Shown here piece after piece: positions 1-10,669 of a stretch of 20,000 nt of DNA. The stretch covers positions 176,382-196,381 of the forward strand of contig JAYWIR010000101.1 in assembly GCA_036172245.1 (NCBI GenBank), written 5' to 3'. This DNA is from Raillietiella orientalis (taxonomy: Eukaryota). The position numbers were made by a program, and so were the translations under genes. The notes below the pieces were generated by a model, which saw only the letters and a program-made list of their open reading frames with translations, ran no database searches and was not told the DNA's origin. How positions within the stretch are numbered: the first letter of the stretch is position 1; the number at the start of each line of letters is the position of its first letter.

Positions 1-714
1 TACCACAGTTCAGTGCGGCTCCACGGCTGCCCGTGTGATCGTTAGGGAGGGCTCTACCCTTCCAAACAAACTGGTGGTCGGCGGAGAAAGCGTCGACCTC
101 TGGTACGTGGGAAGCCCAAATACTGTGGCTTCTGGAACACGTCGGGACACCTCAAAAGAAGGTGCCCCAACGTACAGTGCGAAGTATGCGGGACAATGGG
201 CCAAACGAAGGAACTGTCCACAATCCGCTGTGCGCGTGGTTTCCGCTAGGAGCATAAAAAAACGCACGCGGCTGCTACAGAAGAAACTGGCGGCGGAGGC
301 TGCCGCTAAGCTGTGCCACCCACTCCCGTGGTCCAGGCCTCAGCCGACACCCCGGCAACGAATGCCGAAAAGATTGACAAAAGCGGTCAGGTGTTGGAAT
401 GGCAAGAAGTCACGGCGAAAAAGAAAGAAAAGTCGCAGAAAGAACGACGGATCGAAAAAAAGCTCGCCTACCGAAATAAAAAACAGCAGGTTAGCGAGAA
501 TTAAAAAGAATGCAGCCTCGTCGTGGGACGCGTCCCCGCCGAACGCCGCAAGGTAGAAATCGCTGCTACCGGCGAGCAACCCACTGTTGAAAATGTCAAC
601 AGCGTGGGGAGCGAACCGGCGGAAGCGTCCGTCATCGAGACCATGATCGATGACGCCACCTTCGAGTTTGCGGCGGAGGAGCTGGCTGCATCGTTGCAGC
701 CAGCCCCATCCAAG
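1..714 (+). mobile_element. Copy B, left part: degenerate ORF1 (gag-like) of an L1/Tx1-type non-LTR retrotransposon, interrupted by copy A
   Basis: VDLWYVGSP followed by degenerate zinc knuckles (CGFWNTSGHLKRRC, CEVCGTMGQ...) and FAAEELA, all homologous to copy A ORF1, with several frameshifts. It ends at LQPAPSK, and ORF1 resumes at 6364 with SKSGKKAVRR, as in A (AAEELA...RKAVRR). Confidence 0.85.
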
Positions 715-808
715 GCCAGTTGGTTGACGTGTTTTTCCTTCACTCCTCAAAGGCTAGTAGGAAAGCGCTTTCTTGTGTGTGGTGTTTAGTGTACATCGTC
801 GGTGTCCA
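715..808 (+). promoter_or_regulatory. 5' UTR of copy A, putative internal Pol II promoter
   Basis: Lies between the insertion junction and the ORF1 ATG (809). Starts gCCAGTT (Inr-like), followed by GACGTGTTT, a motif resembling internal promoters of other non-LTR elements. Promoter function is inferred only. Confidence 0.4.
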
Positions 809-2559
809 ATGGCCAAGACGCCAGAGGACACCGCGATGGAGGTGAGAGTGGGGGAGGCTAGTTCGCCTTCACAGCCTACTGGAGCAGGGGCAGCCGCCCC
901 GGAATTATCCCCGGCCACGCCGAGGACATGGAGCGCCATGGTGGCCGCGCCCAGCGCAGAAGCCATGGCGGAGATGGCCGCATACAAGGCCTCCGGGTAC
1001 AAGCCATCGCTTGTCTACCAGGTAGGAAACTTGTTCGACGGCCGGACAGCGCGCGCCTTCAGCAAAGCGTTGAAGGACGCGAATGTCACTGAGAAGGATC
1101 TGGACGGCCTCTCCGTCCTCAGCGGCGGGCAGCGGGTCGAGGTGGTCTGCAAAGATGTCACCTGGGCTCACCGCCTAATCCATGCGCCGCTGAACGTAGA
1201 CGGCCGAAAGATCCTGCCAGTATCAATGGATCGCTCCGTGGTGGTCCACATGACTGGCATCACCAGCCGCATGACGCGGTCAGCGGTTGGTGAGGAATTG
1301 CGGAAATACGGTGAGGTGCACGCACTGTGGCCGAAACCCTCCATTTTCGACGGTTTCGATAGCCTTTTTGGTGAGCAGGCTGCAGCGCGGTCACCGTACG
1401 GGAGAATTGTGGGCTTCCCCACAAACTACAGGTGGCGCAAGAAAACGTCGACCTGTGGTATGTAGGGAAGCCCCGGTATTGCGGGCATTGTGATACCGTG
1501 GGACACCTACGTAAAAGGTGTCCCAATATACAATGCCATTTGTGCGGGGAGCGGGGCCACGTTCGGCGCGTGTGTCCCAAACGCCCCACCCCGGTTCCCC
1601 CTGCCGCGAAAACAGCGCAGGGGAAACGTGCTTCAAAGGTCTCTAGATCTAAAGTAGAAAAGGGCCAGCACAAGCTGCCAACACCTCAACCTCCAGAGCG
1701 TAAGCCGGAGGATAAACCTTCTGAAACGGTGGAAGGCGAAGAGGGATGGCAGCTTGTAGAGGCCAGAAAGCCGAGGAAACTCCCACCCGCGGAGAGCAAA
1801 GAGCGCAAGACGGCCGGTAAGCCGAAGAAACCCGGTCCGCGCTCGAAAACTTTGCGCGAGTGCACGGTGGCACTGGAACGAATCGTCGTTCCCGAGATTG
1901 CCACCCGGAGCGTCGATCCTGCCCTTGCCGTTTCCGCTGCGCCCGAGGCTTGCGACGCCGAACCCTCTGTTTACACAGAGGGTGAGCCGCGCGACATAGC
2001 GGCGGTCGAAGCCGCGAACGGCGCGTTCGCGCAGGCGGCGGAGGAGCTCGCGGTCACGCTGGCCGAGCGTGAGAACCCGTCGCGCAAGGCCGTGCGAAGG
2101 CCGGCTCCGGCGAAGAAGGCCCCCAAAGGTGAGTTAGACCTGGGGGCCGGAAGCACATCCTCCTTCTCGGATGCACCCCCCAGGAAGTCGGGACGCAAGT
2201 CCCATAAGCCCAGGAGGCGCCTCCCCTCCACCAGCGAGGAGGAGAAGACGGAAGCCGTCGCCAGCGTGGGAAATTCGGAGGAGGAATTCCCACGCTCGGA
2301 AGCCGTCGATCCGGCCACCCCCATGAAGGAGGGTGAACAGGGGGCAGAAGTCCCATCTGCAGGCGCCGACCCTGAACAGCCCGCCCCCATGGAGGAGGGC
2401 GAGCAGGTAGGCGCGTCTCCACCTGCGGGTGATCCGGCCGACGCACCGGCACCGATGGAGGAGGGGGACCAGGTGCCTTCAGCACCTGACCCCCCTCCTA
2501 CACCTAGCGTCCCGCCCCAGCAGGTGGCGGACGCCGCACTGCCATCTTCCCAGGAGTAA
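809..2559 (+). pseudogene. ORF1 nucleic-acid-binding (gag-like) protein of copy A with two CCHC zinc knuckles and one frameshift
   Basis: ORFs 773..1465 and 1432..2559 join if one G is restored at ~1390 (AAR-VTVRE matches AARVIVRE of copy B). Knuckles CGHCDTVGHLRKRC and CHLCGERGHVRRVC at ~1480-1576, then a long low-complexity P/E/K-rich C-terminus. Confidence 0.9.
2320..2475 (+). repeat. Three 66-bp-period coding repeats (PM[K/E]EG[E/D]Q) in the ORF1 tail of A
   Basis: atg(a/g)aggaggg at 2323, 2389 and 2455. Confidence 0.8.
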
Positions 2560-5500
2560 CACCTGGGCTCGCCAGTCGCCGTCGGATTCGCGCGGCCTGT
2601 TGGAATGTCAACGGGCTGCGCGACGACGGTAACAGGCGAGATACAGCCGACACCCTGCGGGAGTTCGACCTGGCCCTGTTGTAGGAGATCCACGTGATCA
2701 CCGCGGCAGACGTCCAGGAGATCGAGACGATCGCGGGGGGTCGGCTGTACTGGCAATGCGGCATCCGGAACACCTGCGGGGTCGCGTTCTTCGTGAAGCC
2801 GGCCGTCGACGCTGACGTGAAGGGCGTGCGCTTCGATGAAGACGGTCGGGTCGGTCAGCTGACTCTCGGGTGGTCCGACTCGATCGATCTGATCGTCACG
2901 AATGTGTACGCCCCAACCGGTCAAAAGGGATACAGCAACCGTGCCAGGCTGCTTGAATCCCTGAAGCGCGACTGGCTGGCGAACACGAGCGTGCGGAAGG
3001 CTAACCTGATAGTGGGAGATTTCAATCTCCGCCTGCTAACAGGGGAGCCGGAAACACAGGTGAACGCGATGAACGAGTTGTGCGCCGCCATGCGTGCGCG
3101 CAACTTCTTCGCGGGTGAGAGGGGAATGGTCCGCAGCATCGACCACGTCTTCCGCGACGGTGACCTGTGTTCACGGGTAGGCAAACGGGGGAGGGATGCG
3201 TCAACGTTCTCGGACCATTACCGGTTAATTTTCGAGATGCCGCCTCGCGACCGAAGACCGCCATCCAGGGACTGGCGTCTGCTGGGGGACTGGACGCGAC
3301 TCTCAGGTGCGAAGGAACACCTTCGCGAATACCTGAGAGGTGTCACGCTCCGGAATCTCCAAGACTGGGACCTTTTTAAGGAATCGGTCCGGGAATTCTG
3401 CGAGCAGTTCCCCCTGGACCGCCTGCCCTCCGGATTTGGCGAGGGTCCTCGCAACCATCGGGCCTATTTACAGGCCCGAAGGTACGAGCGAACCCCTAAT
3501 GTCCGTCGCCTGACCGAGTACCGCGCCGGGGCCGAACGCCAAGCCTGGCAATCCGGGTCGGCCAGCTTGCTGGACGACCAGGGCCGGGAATGTTCGTCCC
3601 CGGCGTCGGTACGGCATCTCGTGCGGAGTTATTATTCCTCCCTTTACGCCAGGGCGACCCCGGATCAAGATGCCTCTCGGCTCTTGCTTCCGGATGGTGC
3701 CCCGGCAATAGGGGAGGAGGAGTCGTTAAGCCTCGATGAGCCTTTAACCACCGGCGAAGTTCTCGCCGGTATCAAAAGGCTCAAGAGGCGGAAAGCTCCA
3801 GGGGAAGACGGCTTGCCCGCGGAGTTCTATCAGAGCTTCGCGGAAGAGCTGGCACCCCTGCTGCTTCAGCTGACAAAGCTGATCCGAGACGAAGGCGATG
3901 TTCCCGCCTCGTTTCGGTCAGCCAGAGGGAGGCTCCTTCCGAAAGGGGGAGACCTTAGGAATTTGAACAACTGGCGTCCGATCACGATTGTGAATAGGGA
4001 CGCCAAGTTGGTAGCCGGGCTATGGGCTTCGCGTCTGGAGCAGGTGGCAGAATCCAATATTAGCCCGGAGCAGACATATGCTGTTACCGGGCGAAGTATG
4101 GATCCCAACCTCTTCTTCGCGAGCACGTGGATGCACGCGCAGAGGTGTCAAAAGGAAGGGAAAGAAAAAATCGACAACCCCACTTTGGTGCAGCCAGCAG
4201 GGCAGGGAATGGATTCCCGGGCGGGGAAGGGGGCCTTAGCGCTCGCGGTCGATCTCCATAAGGCGTTCGACTGTGTTGACCAGGGGCTTTTTTTTGAGCT
4301 CCTGGGTCGCATGGGCTTCCCACCCTCCTTGATCAACTACCTGCGCTCCTGCTGACGCCATGCGATAATTTCCGTCTCTTTCAGCAGTCAGAAGGTGCAT
4401 GGCGTGCCGGTGCGGCGGGGCAACAGGCAGGGAGATAGCCTGAGTCCCCTGCTCTTCAGCACCTACTTTGAGTTGGTGCTGAGAGCCTACAGGGTGACTT
4501 TGGCCTCCTTGCCGAGCTCGTGTCCCGGCACGCCCGCCTTAGCAGCCTATGCCGACGATCTTCTGCTCCTGTTACCTATGTCCACCCCGGCGAAGGCGGT
4601 CGGAGACTTCTTCGATCTGCTCAGCCGTGGGACCGGACTGCAGGTCAACAGGGCGAAGTCGTCGGTGGTGCCAGTAGGTGCGGCGTGGGCAGGGCAGCAG
4701 GACTGGGTCCGTCTGGGGATTTTTACGGCGAGGTGCCTCGAGTACCTTGGTGTGCCGTTGGGTGACTACTCCCCTGCGGAAGCGTGGTCCAGCTGTCTTC
4801 AAAAAGTTGAGACGGCGATCGGCCCGTTCCTGGAAGGCAAGTTTCACTTGCCGGAACGGGCCGCGGTTTGGAACGCCTTCGCGGCCCCCATCCTCCGCCC
4901 CTTGCTTTTTGTTTGCCCCGCCCCCAGAGAATGCCAAAAGAGGACGAAGGACCTCCTCCGCATCGCCCTTTGGGGCAAGGGGAGGCCCCGAGTCCCTCTG
5001 CAGGACTTGTGCGCTCCGCGTCGGGACGGCGGCCTTGGCCTCCTGACGCTGGAGCGGGTGGAAATCCAGCTGCGGTGGCGAACCCTCGCCATCGCAGCGA
5101 AGATGTGGAGCACCCCTTGGTGCGTTCCGGCCCGCCACCTCGCCAGGCGTGTGTCCCGATGCGAAGGACTCGCGTCGTTTCTTCTGTGCGCTGGCCGGAA
5201 GATCCGAAGATGCGGCCTTATGATCGGACGCATAGCAACCTTGGCGAAAACGAACGGTTGGATGGTTTGTGGCCCCGCCAACTCCTCCGCCTGGTTGGAG
5301 GAGTCTGCTGGCACATGGGCTAAGCTGAACCGGAGGAGTAAAAACAATATGAACTTCCTGTGGATCGGCCCATACGCCAACCGCACCCTGCGGGAAATAC
5401 TGGAATTTCAATGGAGTCGCAGGTGGGCATTCATGACCCCCTTTGCTACGGCGATGCCCTACCTGTTGAGGGCGCTTCAGGATCGCCAGAAGCCGAGGTG

Positions 5501-6155
5501 GCAAGTCACCTGCCAGATCGCAGGCAGGGAGAAGATGTTAAGCGGCTGGACCACAGGAGAACTGGCGGACGCCACGACCCCGAGCGTCCAGCCGCGTAAA
5601 CTAATGAGATGGGGCGAGCTGCACGCCATCCCTACGGATGTGCTGAAGTGGCCCCCTGTATTAAAGGAATCCAGGATCCTGCCCCTTAAGTGGCAAGAGT
5701 CGGCGTTGCTTTTGTTGCACTGGGGTCTACCCTGCAACGCGCGCCGCTTCCACTGGACAAGTGGAGCTGTGGATCCTGCGTGTGCCAGGTGCGGGGAGCG
5801 GGAGTCGCTTCCCCACCTTATTGTGGATTGTGCTGCCATCCGACCCCTCTGGGAACGGTTCGGGGCGACCCTAGGGCTCCCTACGGACAGCACCCCTAGA
5901 GACGTTCTTCGGCCCCTCTTCGTGAAGGACGCACTGCAGCCAGACGCAGTCATCGCAGCCTTGTGCTGTGTCCGTGGCATCGTGGCGGCATGGAGCGACG
6001 CCAATAACGAAGGAGTGGGTCCACACGCGAGGGATGTCATCCTATACGCCCAACGCTTTATGCGGAGAGCTGCCTGATGGCCCCAACTGGGGAATATACG
6101 GACGGACCTCGAGGGCTTCCTTCAGCGGATGGGCCCTCCTCACAGCGTTTAGTGA
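2559..6155 (+). pseudogene. ORF2 of copy A: APE endonuclease + reverse transcriptase + C-terminal zinc finger, ~1200 codons in a single frame with premature stops
   Basis: EN motifs WNVNG, L*EIH, NVYAP, GDFN, IDH, SDH. RT motifs KAPGEDG, NWRPIT, DLHKAFD, RQGDSLSP, YADD, YLG. Zinc finger CARCGERESLPHLIVDC. Stops at 2682, 4353, 6075 and 6150. The terminal TGA at 6153-6155 is homologous to the stops of B, D and G (tgatccct). Confidence 0.95.
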
Positions 6156-6362
6156 TCCCTTCCCTGCCCTCCAACTTCTTTTTGTCTGTTTATTTTTTAT
6201 TTTTCTTTTTGTTTTATCCCTATCCCCATTCGCTGCTGAGGAACGCTGCGCTGGGCTGCGTCCCGGCGTCCTGGCAGGTCCAGTGTATATGGCCGTGAGC
6301 GGGGCCTTGTACCGCGGATGTAGGGTTTTAACAATAAACGCCCCGTGCGTACCCGGGTGTAA
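6156..6362 (+). other. 3' UTR of copy A: T-rich tract, conserved GC-rich block, AATAAA (6333-6338) and terminal CCGGGTG (6353-6359); no poly(A)
   Basis: Clearly homologous to the reverse complement of 11941-12161 (D) and 18134-18335 (G). Confidence 0.85.
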
Positions 6363-6363
6363 A

Positions 6364-9300
6364 CCTCCAAGTCTGGCAAAAAGGCAGTGAGGCGCCAGGC
6401 CTCCACCGAGGAGTCGGTAACCTCCGACCCCAAAGCGCAGACCGGAAACCAAGTTTACCTCTTCGCGGCACCCCTCCGGAAGGCTGGAAGGAATTCCAGC
6501 AAACCCCGGAAAGCCCCTCTCTAGGTCGAAGGCGTTGAGATGACTTCCGACTGCGAGGGTGCGGTGAGCGTGGGAGAATTCCGGGAATCGTCACTCGAGA
6601 GACCACCACGCACAGACACGGAGGAGATGGAGGGGGTTGAAGCTGGAAAGGTACCCAAGGTGCCTGAGGAGGCTGAAACCCTAATGGTCATCTCACTTGC
6701 CTCGGAAGAGGCGGGTTCCCCCACACCGTCATCTTCCCGGCAGTAATGCCGGGAATCTCCTCCCGCCGTCGTCTGCGCATCGCCGTTTGGAACGTAAACG
6801 GCATGACAGACGCCGGCAGGAGACGAGACATGGCCGCCCTTCTGGAGTTCCACGACGTTGTGCTGCTGCATGAGATCCATGTGATCTCTGCAGAACAAGC
6901 GCAGGAGATCGAACGCATCTACGGAGGGCGGCTGTGGTATCGGTGTGGAACATCGAGAAGTTGTGGTGTCGCCTACCTGCTTCGGCCAGCCATCGATGCC
7001 GCCGCTTGTGGAGTGCGGTTCGACGATCACGGTCGTGTCGGCCAGATCACTCTCAGTGGGTCCGACTCGATCGACCTGATCGTTACAAACGTTCACGCCC
7101 CGAGCGGAGCGGACCTGACGAAAATGAGAGCCAGAAAAGAATTTTTCCTTGCCCTACATCGCGACTGGTTGACCAAGGCAGGCGTGCGGAATGCCCATCT
7201 GGTGGCAGACGATTTTAACGATCGTCTGAAACTGGATAGGCCGAATCACGAGCGTGTCCTGGTCAACGAGGTGTGCGCGGCGGTGCACACTTGTAATTTG
7301 TTGGCCAGTGTCCCAGGGATGGAGGACAACATCGATCACGTTTTCTTTGACGAGCATCTGTGCACTCGTGTGGGCAGGCGGTGCAAGTTGCCGTGTGAGT
7401 TGTCCGACCATCGACCAATCGTGATTGAAATCCATTCGCGCCACAGGGGCTTCCCCTCGTCAGCGTGGCGTTTGCGAGGGGACCGGTTGAAGTCCCCGGA
7501 AGCGACGGAAGATCTCCGCACGTTTATACGGAGCTTTATGATGCAGACACTCTAGGATTGGGACCGCTTCAAATGGTCGGTCCAGGAGTTCTTCGACCAG
7601 TTCCCTCGGCACTGCCTTCCTTCGGGATTTGAGGACCGGGTACGTAACGGAGGAGCCTATCTGCAGGCTCGCCGTTACGCCAGGACCCCCGACATCCGCA
7701 GGCTGGCGGAATACAAAGCGGGAGCCGAGTGCCAAGCCTGGAAGTCAGGATCGGCCAGCTTGCTGGACGATCAGGGCGAGGAGCATTCGGCACCCGCTCA
7801 AATCTGCGGTCTGCTGCGGCGTTCTTTCTCCTCTCTGTACGCAAGAACGCCTCCCGAGCGGGATTTCTCACGAATCCTGCTTCCGGAAGGCGCTCCTGCG
7901 ATCGGGAAAGAGGAGGAAAAGTCCCTCGACGAATCTCTTACGATGGGCGAGATCATCTCGGCCATCGGAAAGCTCAAGAGGCGAAAGGCTCCAGGGGAGG
8001 ACGGCCTGTCCGCGGAGTTTTATCAAACTTTCGCGGCTGAGCTAACCCCCCTGGTACATCAACTCACCCTGCTAATACGCGAGACAGGTGACGTTCCCGC
8101 CTCGTTTCGTTCGGCAAAGGTGCGGCTTCTCCCTAAGGGAGGAGATCTGAGGAGCATGAACAACTGGCGTCCCATCACAATAGTGAATGCGGACGCCAAG
8201 TTGCTAGCCAAGCTGTGGGCAGAGCGCCTGTGACGGGTTGCATACGCCTCCATCAGCCCGGAACAGACGTATGCTATTCCGGGGCGAAGCATGGAGGCGA
8301 ACCTGTTCCACGCTTCCACCTGGCTAAAGCGCCAACACGAAAGGGGCTTGATGCGCACCGGAAATTCCGTTGAGCCCGTCAATCGTGCGACGGATGGTCG
8401 GAAGGTTGAGGGAGCACTTGCGGTCGCTGTCGACTTGCGGAAAGCATTTGACAGCGTCGACCAGAATCTCCTGCTGGCGCTTTTGAAACGCTTGAGTTCC
8501 CGGCCTCATTATTGGTTTATCTGCGCTCCAGCTGGCGCGATTCGCAAATCAATGTAACCTTCCGCGGGCATACTTTTCACGGCGTGCCGGTGTGACGTGG
8601 GTTCCGGCAAGGAGACAGCTTGAGCCCCATGCTCTTCAGTACCTACTTTGAGTTGGTACTGAGAGCGTACAGGGGAACTCTGGCGCACCTGCCGCATGAA
8701 TGCGCCGGAACGCCTGCGGTTTCAGCATATGCGGACGACAACCTGCTACTGCTTCCTATGTCCACCCGGGCTTCGGCGGTCGAGAAGTTCTTCGACCTGC
8801 TGAATCGAGGAACCGGGCTTACGGTGAACAGGGCGAAGTCGTCCGTGATGCCAGTTGGTGCGGCGTGGGCAGGGCAGCAGGACTGTATCCTTTTGTGGAT
8901 CCCCACGGTGAGGTACTTCAAGTACCTAGGTGTGCCGTTGGGGGACTACTCCCCTGCCGAAGCGTGGTCCGGCTGCCTTCAAAAAGTAGAGACGGCTATC
9001 GGCCCGTTCCGAGGCGGCAGGTTTTTCCTGCCTGAACGGGCCGCGGTTTGGAACATGTTCGCGGCTCCTCTACTCCGTTCAATGCTTTTTGTTTGCATCC
9101 CCACAGAGAGGATCCAAAAGCGGACGAAGGACCTCCTCCGTATCGATCTTTGGGACAATGGGAGGGCCCGAGTCTGCTTGAGGGACTTGTGCGCTCGGCG
9201 TCGGGACGGTGATCTCGGCCTCCTGACATTGGAGCGGCTGCAGCTGCAGCTCCAGTTCCGGATTTTGGCACTTGTGCCGGAGTTGTGGTGCACCTGTTGG

Positions 9301-10543
9301 TGCGTCCCTGAACGTCTTCTCGTTCAGCAAGCCACCGGCAAGGCGGGGCTTACGTCGTTTCTTGCACTCCATCGAAGCCGCATCAACTGCTGTGGGCTTC
9401 AGCTACGGAGGGTGGCTGCGCTGGCAAGGAAAAATCAAGGATGGATCACCTGTTTCCCCACGAACGGTAGTGCCTGGTTGCAGGAAACCTTTCGCACGTG
9501 GGGACAGTTCGGTATGCAACCCTCCCATCAAGAACGTAGGTTCCTGTTTGGGTGTTACAGAAGTTGCACGCTCAGTGAGATCATGGAGGATCCTAAGAAG
9601 AGAGCGTGGTCAGGAAGATCAACCTCGCTGCTGCGCTAGACTTCCTAGTGAAACATCAGGACAGCGATGTTGCGGCGAAGTGGGAGGTTACAATAAAAAT
9701 CTCAGGGAAGGAGAAGAAGCAGAGAGAGTGGAAGACGGGCCAGCTAACTGATGCTGCGTCCCTGAGTACGCCTCCTAATGGACTTGTGCGCTGGGGAGCG
9801 CTGCTGGATTTTCCGATTGAACATCTGAAGTGGCCCCCGATTCTTATGAACACTTCCATCCTCCCCATAAAATGGCAAGAGTCAGCATTCCTGTTGCAGC
9901 ACTGGGGACTCCCCTGCAACACCCGTCGAAACCACTGGACCTGGGGAGCGGTGGATCCCAATTGTGTAAGGTGCGGGGAACGGGAGTCCCTCCCCCACCT
10001 CCTAGTGGATTGTGTTGCCCTTCGGCCCCTTTGTTTCCGCTTTGCCGCGGCTATCGGTATCCTTTGCGGCAACCCAGGGACGCACTAAAAGCTTTCTTCG
10101 TTGCCGACGCCCTGCGTCCAGCGTCCTCGATAGCAGCCTTGTGCTGCCTTCGTGGGATCGTCGCCGCCTGAAGAACGGCGACGAGAGGAGCTGGGGATCA
10201 GGACGCCATCCAGTGCGCCTCCCAATTCCTGTGGAGGGCGTCGCGATGGCCCCACCTTGATGTTCATAACGAACAAGAGCTTGCCAGCATCCTGAGAGGG
10301 ATGATGCGGTCTCAGCAGCATCAGTGATCCCTTCCTGTTCCCTTCCACCCATTGTTTCTTTTTGTTTAGTTTTTTTGTTTTTCTAGTTTCCCCTGCTGCC
10401 TTGGTGGACCGTACCGGTCTAGAAACCGGTGAATTGGCAGGCTCCGTGGTTTTCAGCTTCTGGCTGGAGCATTGTCACAGCCATTAATAATTTCTTTATA
10501 AAGTTTCTTTTTAAAAAAACCACCTGGAGAAATCCGGGTGAAA
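6364..10543 (+). mobile_element. Copy B, right part: ORF1 C-terminus, degenerate ORF2 and 3' UTR
   Basis: ORF1 tail ends at TAA 6744-6746. The 3' end is taaaaaaac-cacctgg-agaaat-ccgggtg (10512-10540). Confidence 0.9.
6746..10327 (+). pseudogene. ORF2 (EN-RT-zinc finger) of copy B with multiple stops and frameshifts
   Basis: WNVNG, LHEIH, DDFN (for GDFN), SDH, KAPGEDG, DLRKAFD, YADD and CVRCGERESLPHLLVDC, spread over ORFs 6746..7555, 7760..8233, 8291..8557, 8620..9639, 9606..10088 and 9830..10171. Confidence 0.93.
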
Positions 10544-10668
10544 ATCGAAAGCTTTACGCAAATCGACTGCAACCGCAAGGGCTCCAGGCGCCGCATCTTC
10601 GTCCCGGCTTCCCTCCCCCCTGTCAATATAGAGTTCAGGACTTTCCCGACGTAGCTGCGCCTCGCGTT
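10544..10668 (-). mobile_element. Copy H: short minus-strand RT fragment, cut by the 3' end of copy B
   Basis: The minus strand encodes ...APGALAVAVDLRKAFD and stops at the B terminus. The right boundary is approximate. Confidence 0.8.
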
Positions 10669-10669
10669 T

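Larger units (their letters stand above)
715..6362 (+). mobile_element. Copy A: apparently full-length (~5.65 kb) L1/Tx1-type non-LTR retrotransposon nested in ORF1 of copy B
   Basis: Short 5' UTR, ORF1, ORF2 (EN-RT-zf) and a 3' UTR ending AATAAA...CCGGGTG. Flanked by tccaag at 709-714 and 6366-6371 (candidate TSD). Confidence 0.92.

Noticed and set aside
1971..2924. Long antisense or alternative-frame ORFs (also 4572..5504, 10635..11438, 10429..11061)
   Set aside because: These are shadows of GC-rich retrotransposon coding sequence with no recognisable motifs, and some cross insertion junctions.
2559..6155. Prokaryotic RT system (group II intron, retron, DGR, CRISPR-RT)
   Set aside because: APE endonuclease, CCHC ORF1, C-terminal zinc finger, TSDs and 5' truncations are diagnostic of eukaryotic non-LTR elements. 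No arrays or operon context are present.
6156..6362. Repeated 3' UTRs as LTRs, DIRS inverted repeats or rho-independent terminators
   Set aside because: They occur only at ORF2 3' ends, no integrase or tyrosine recombinase is seen, and the T-tract precedes rather than follows the stems.
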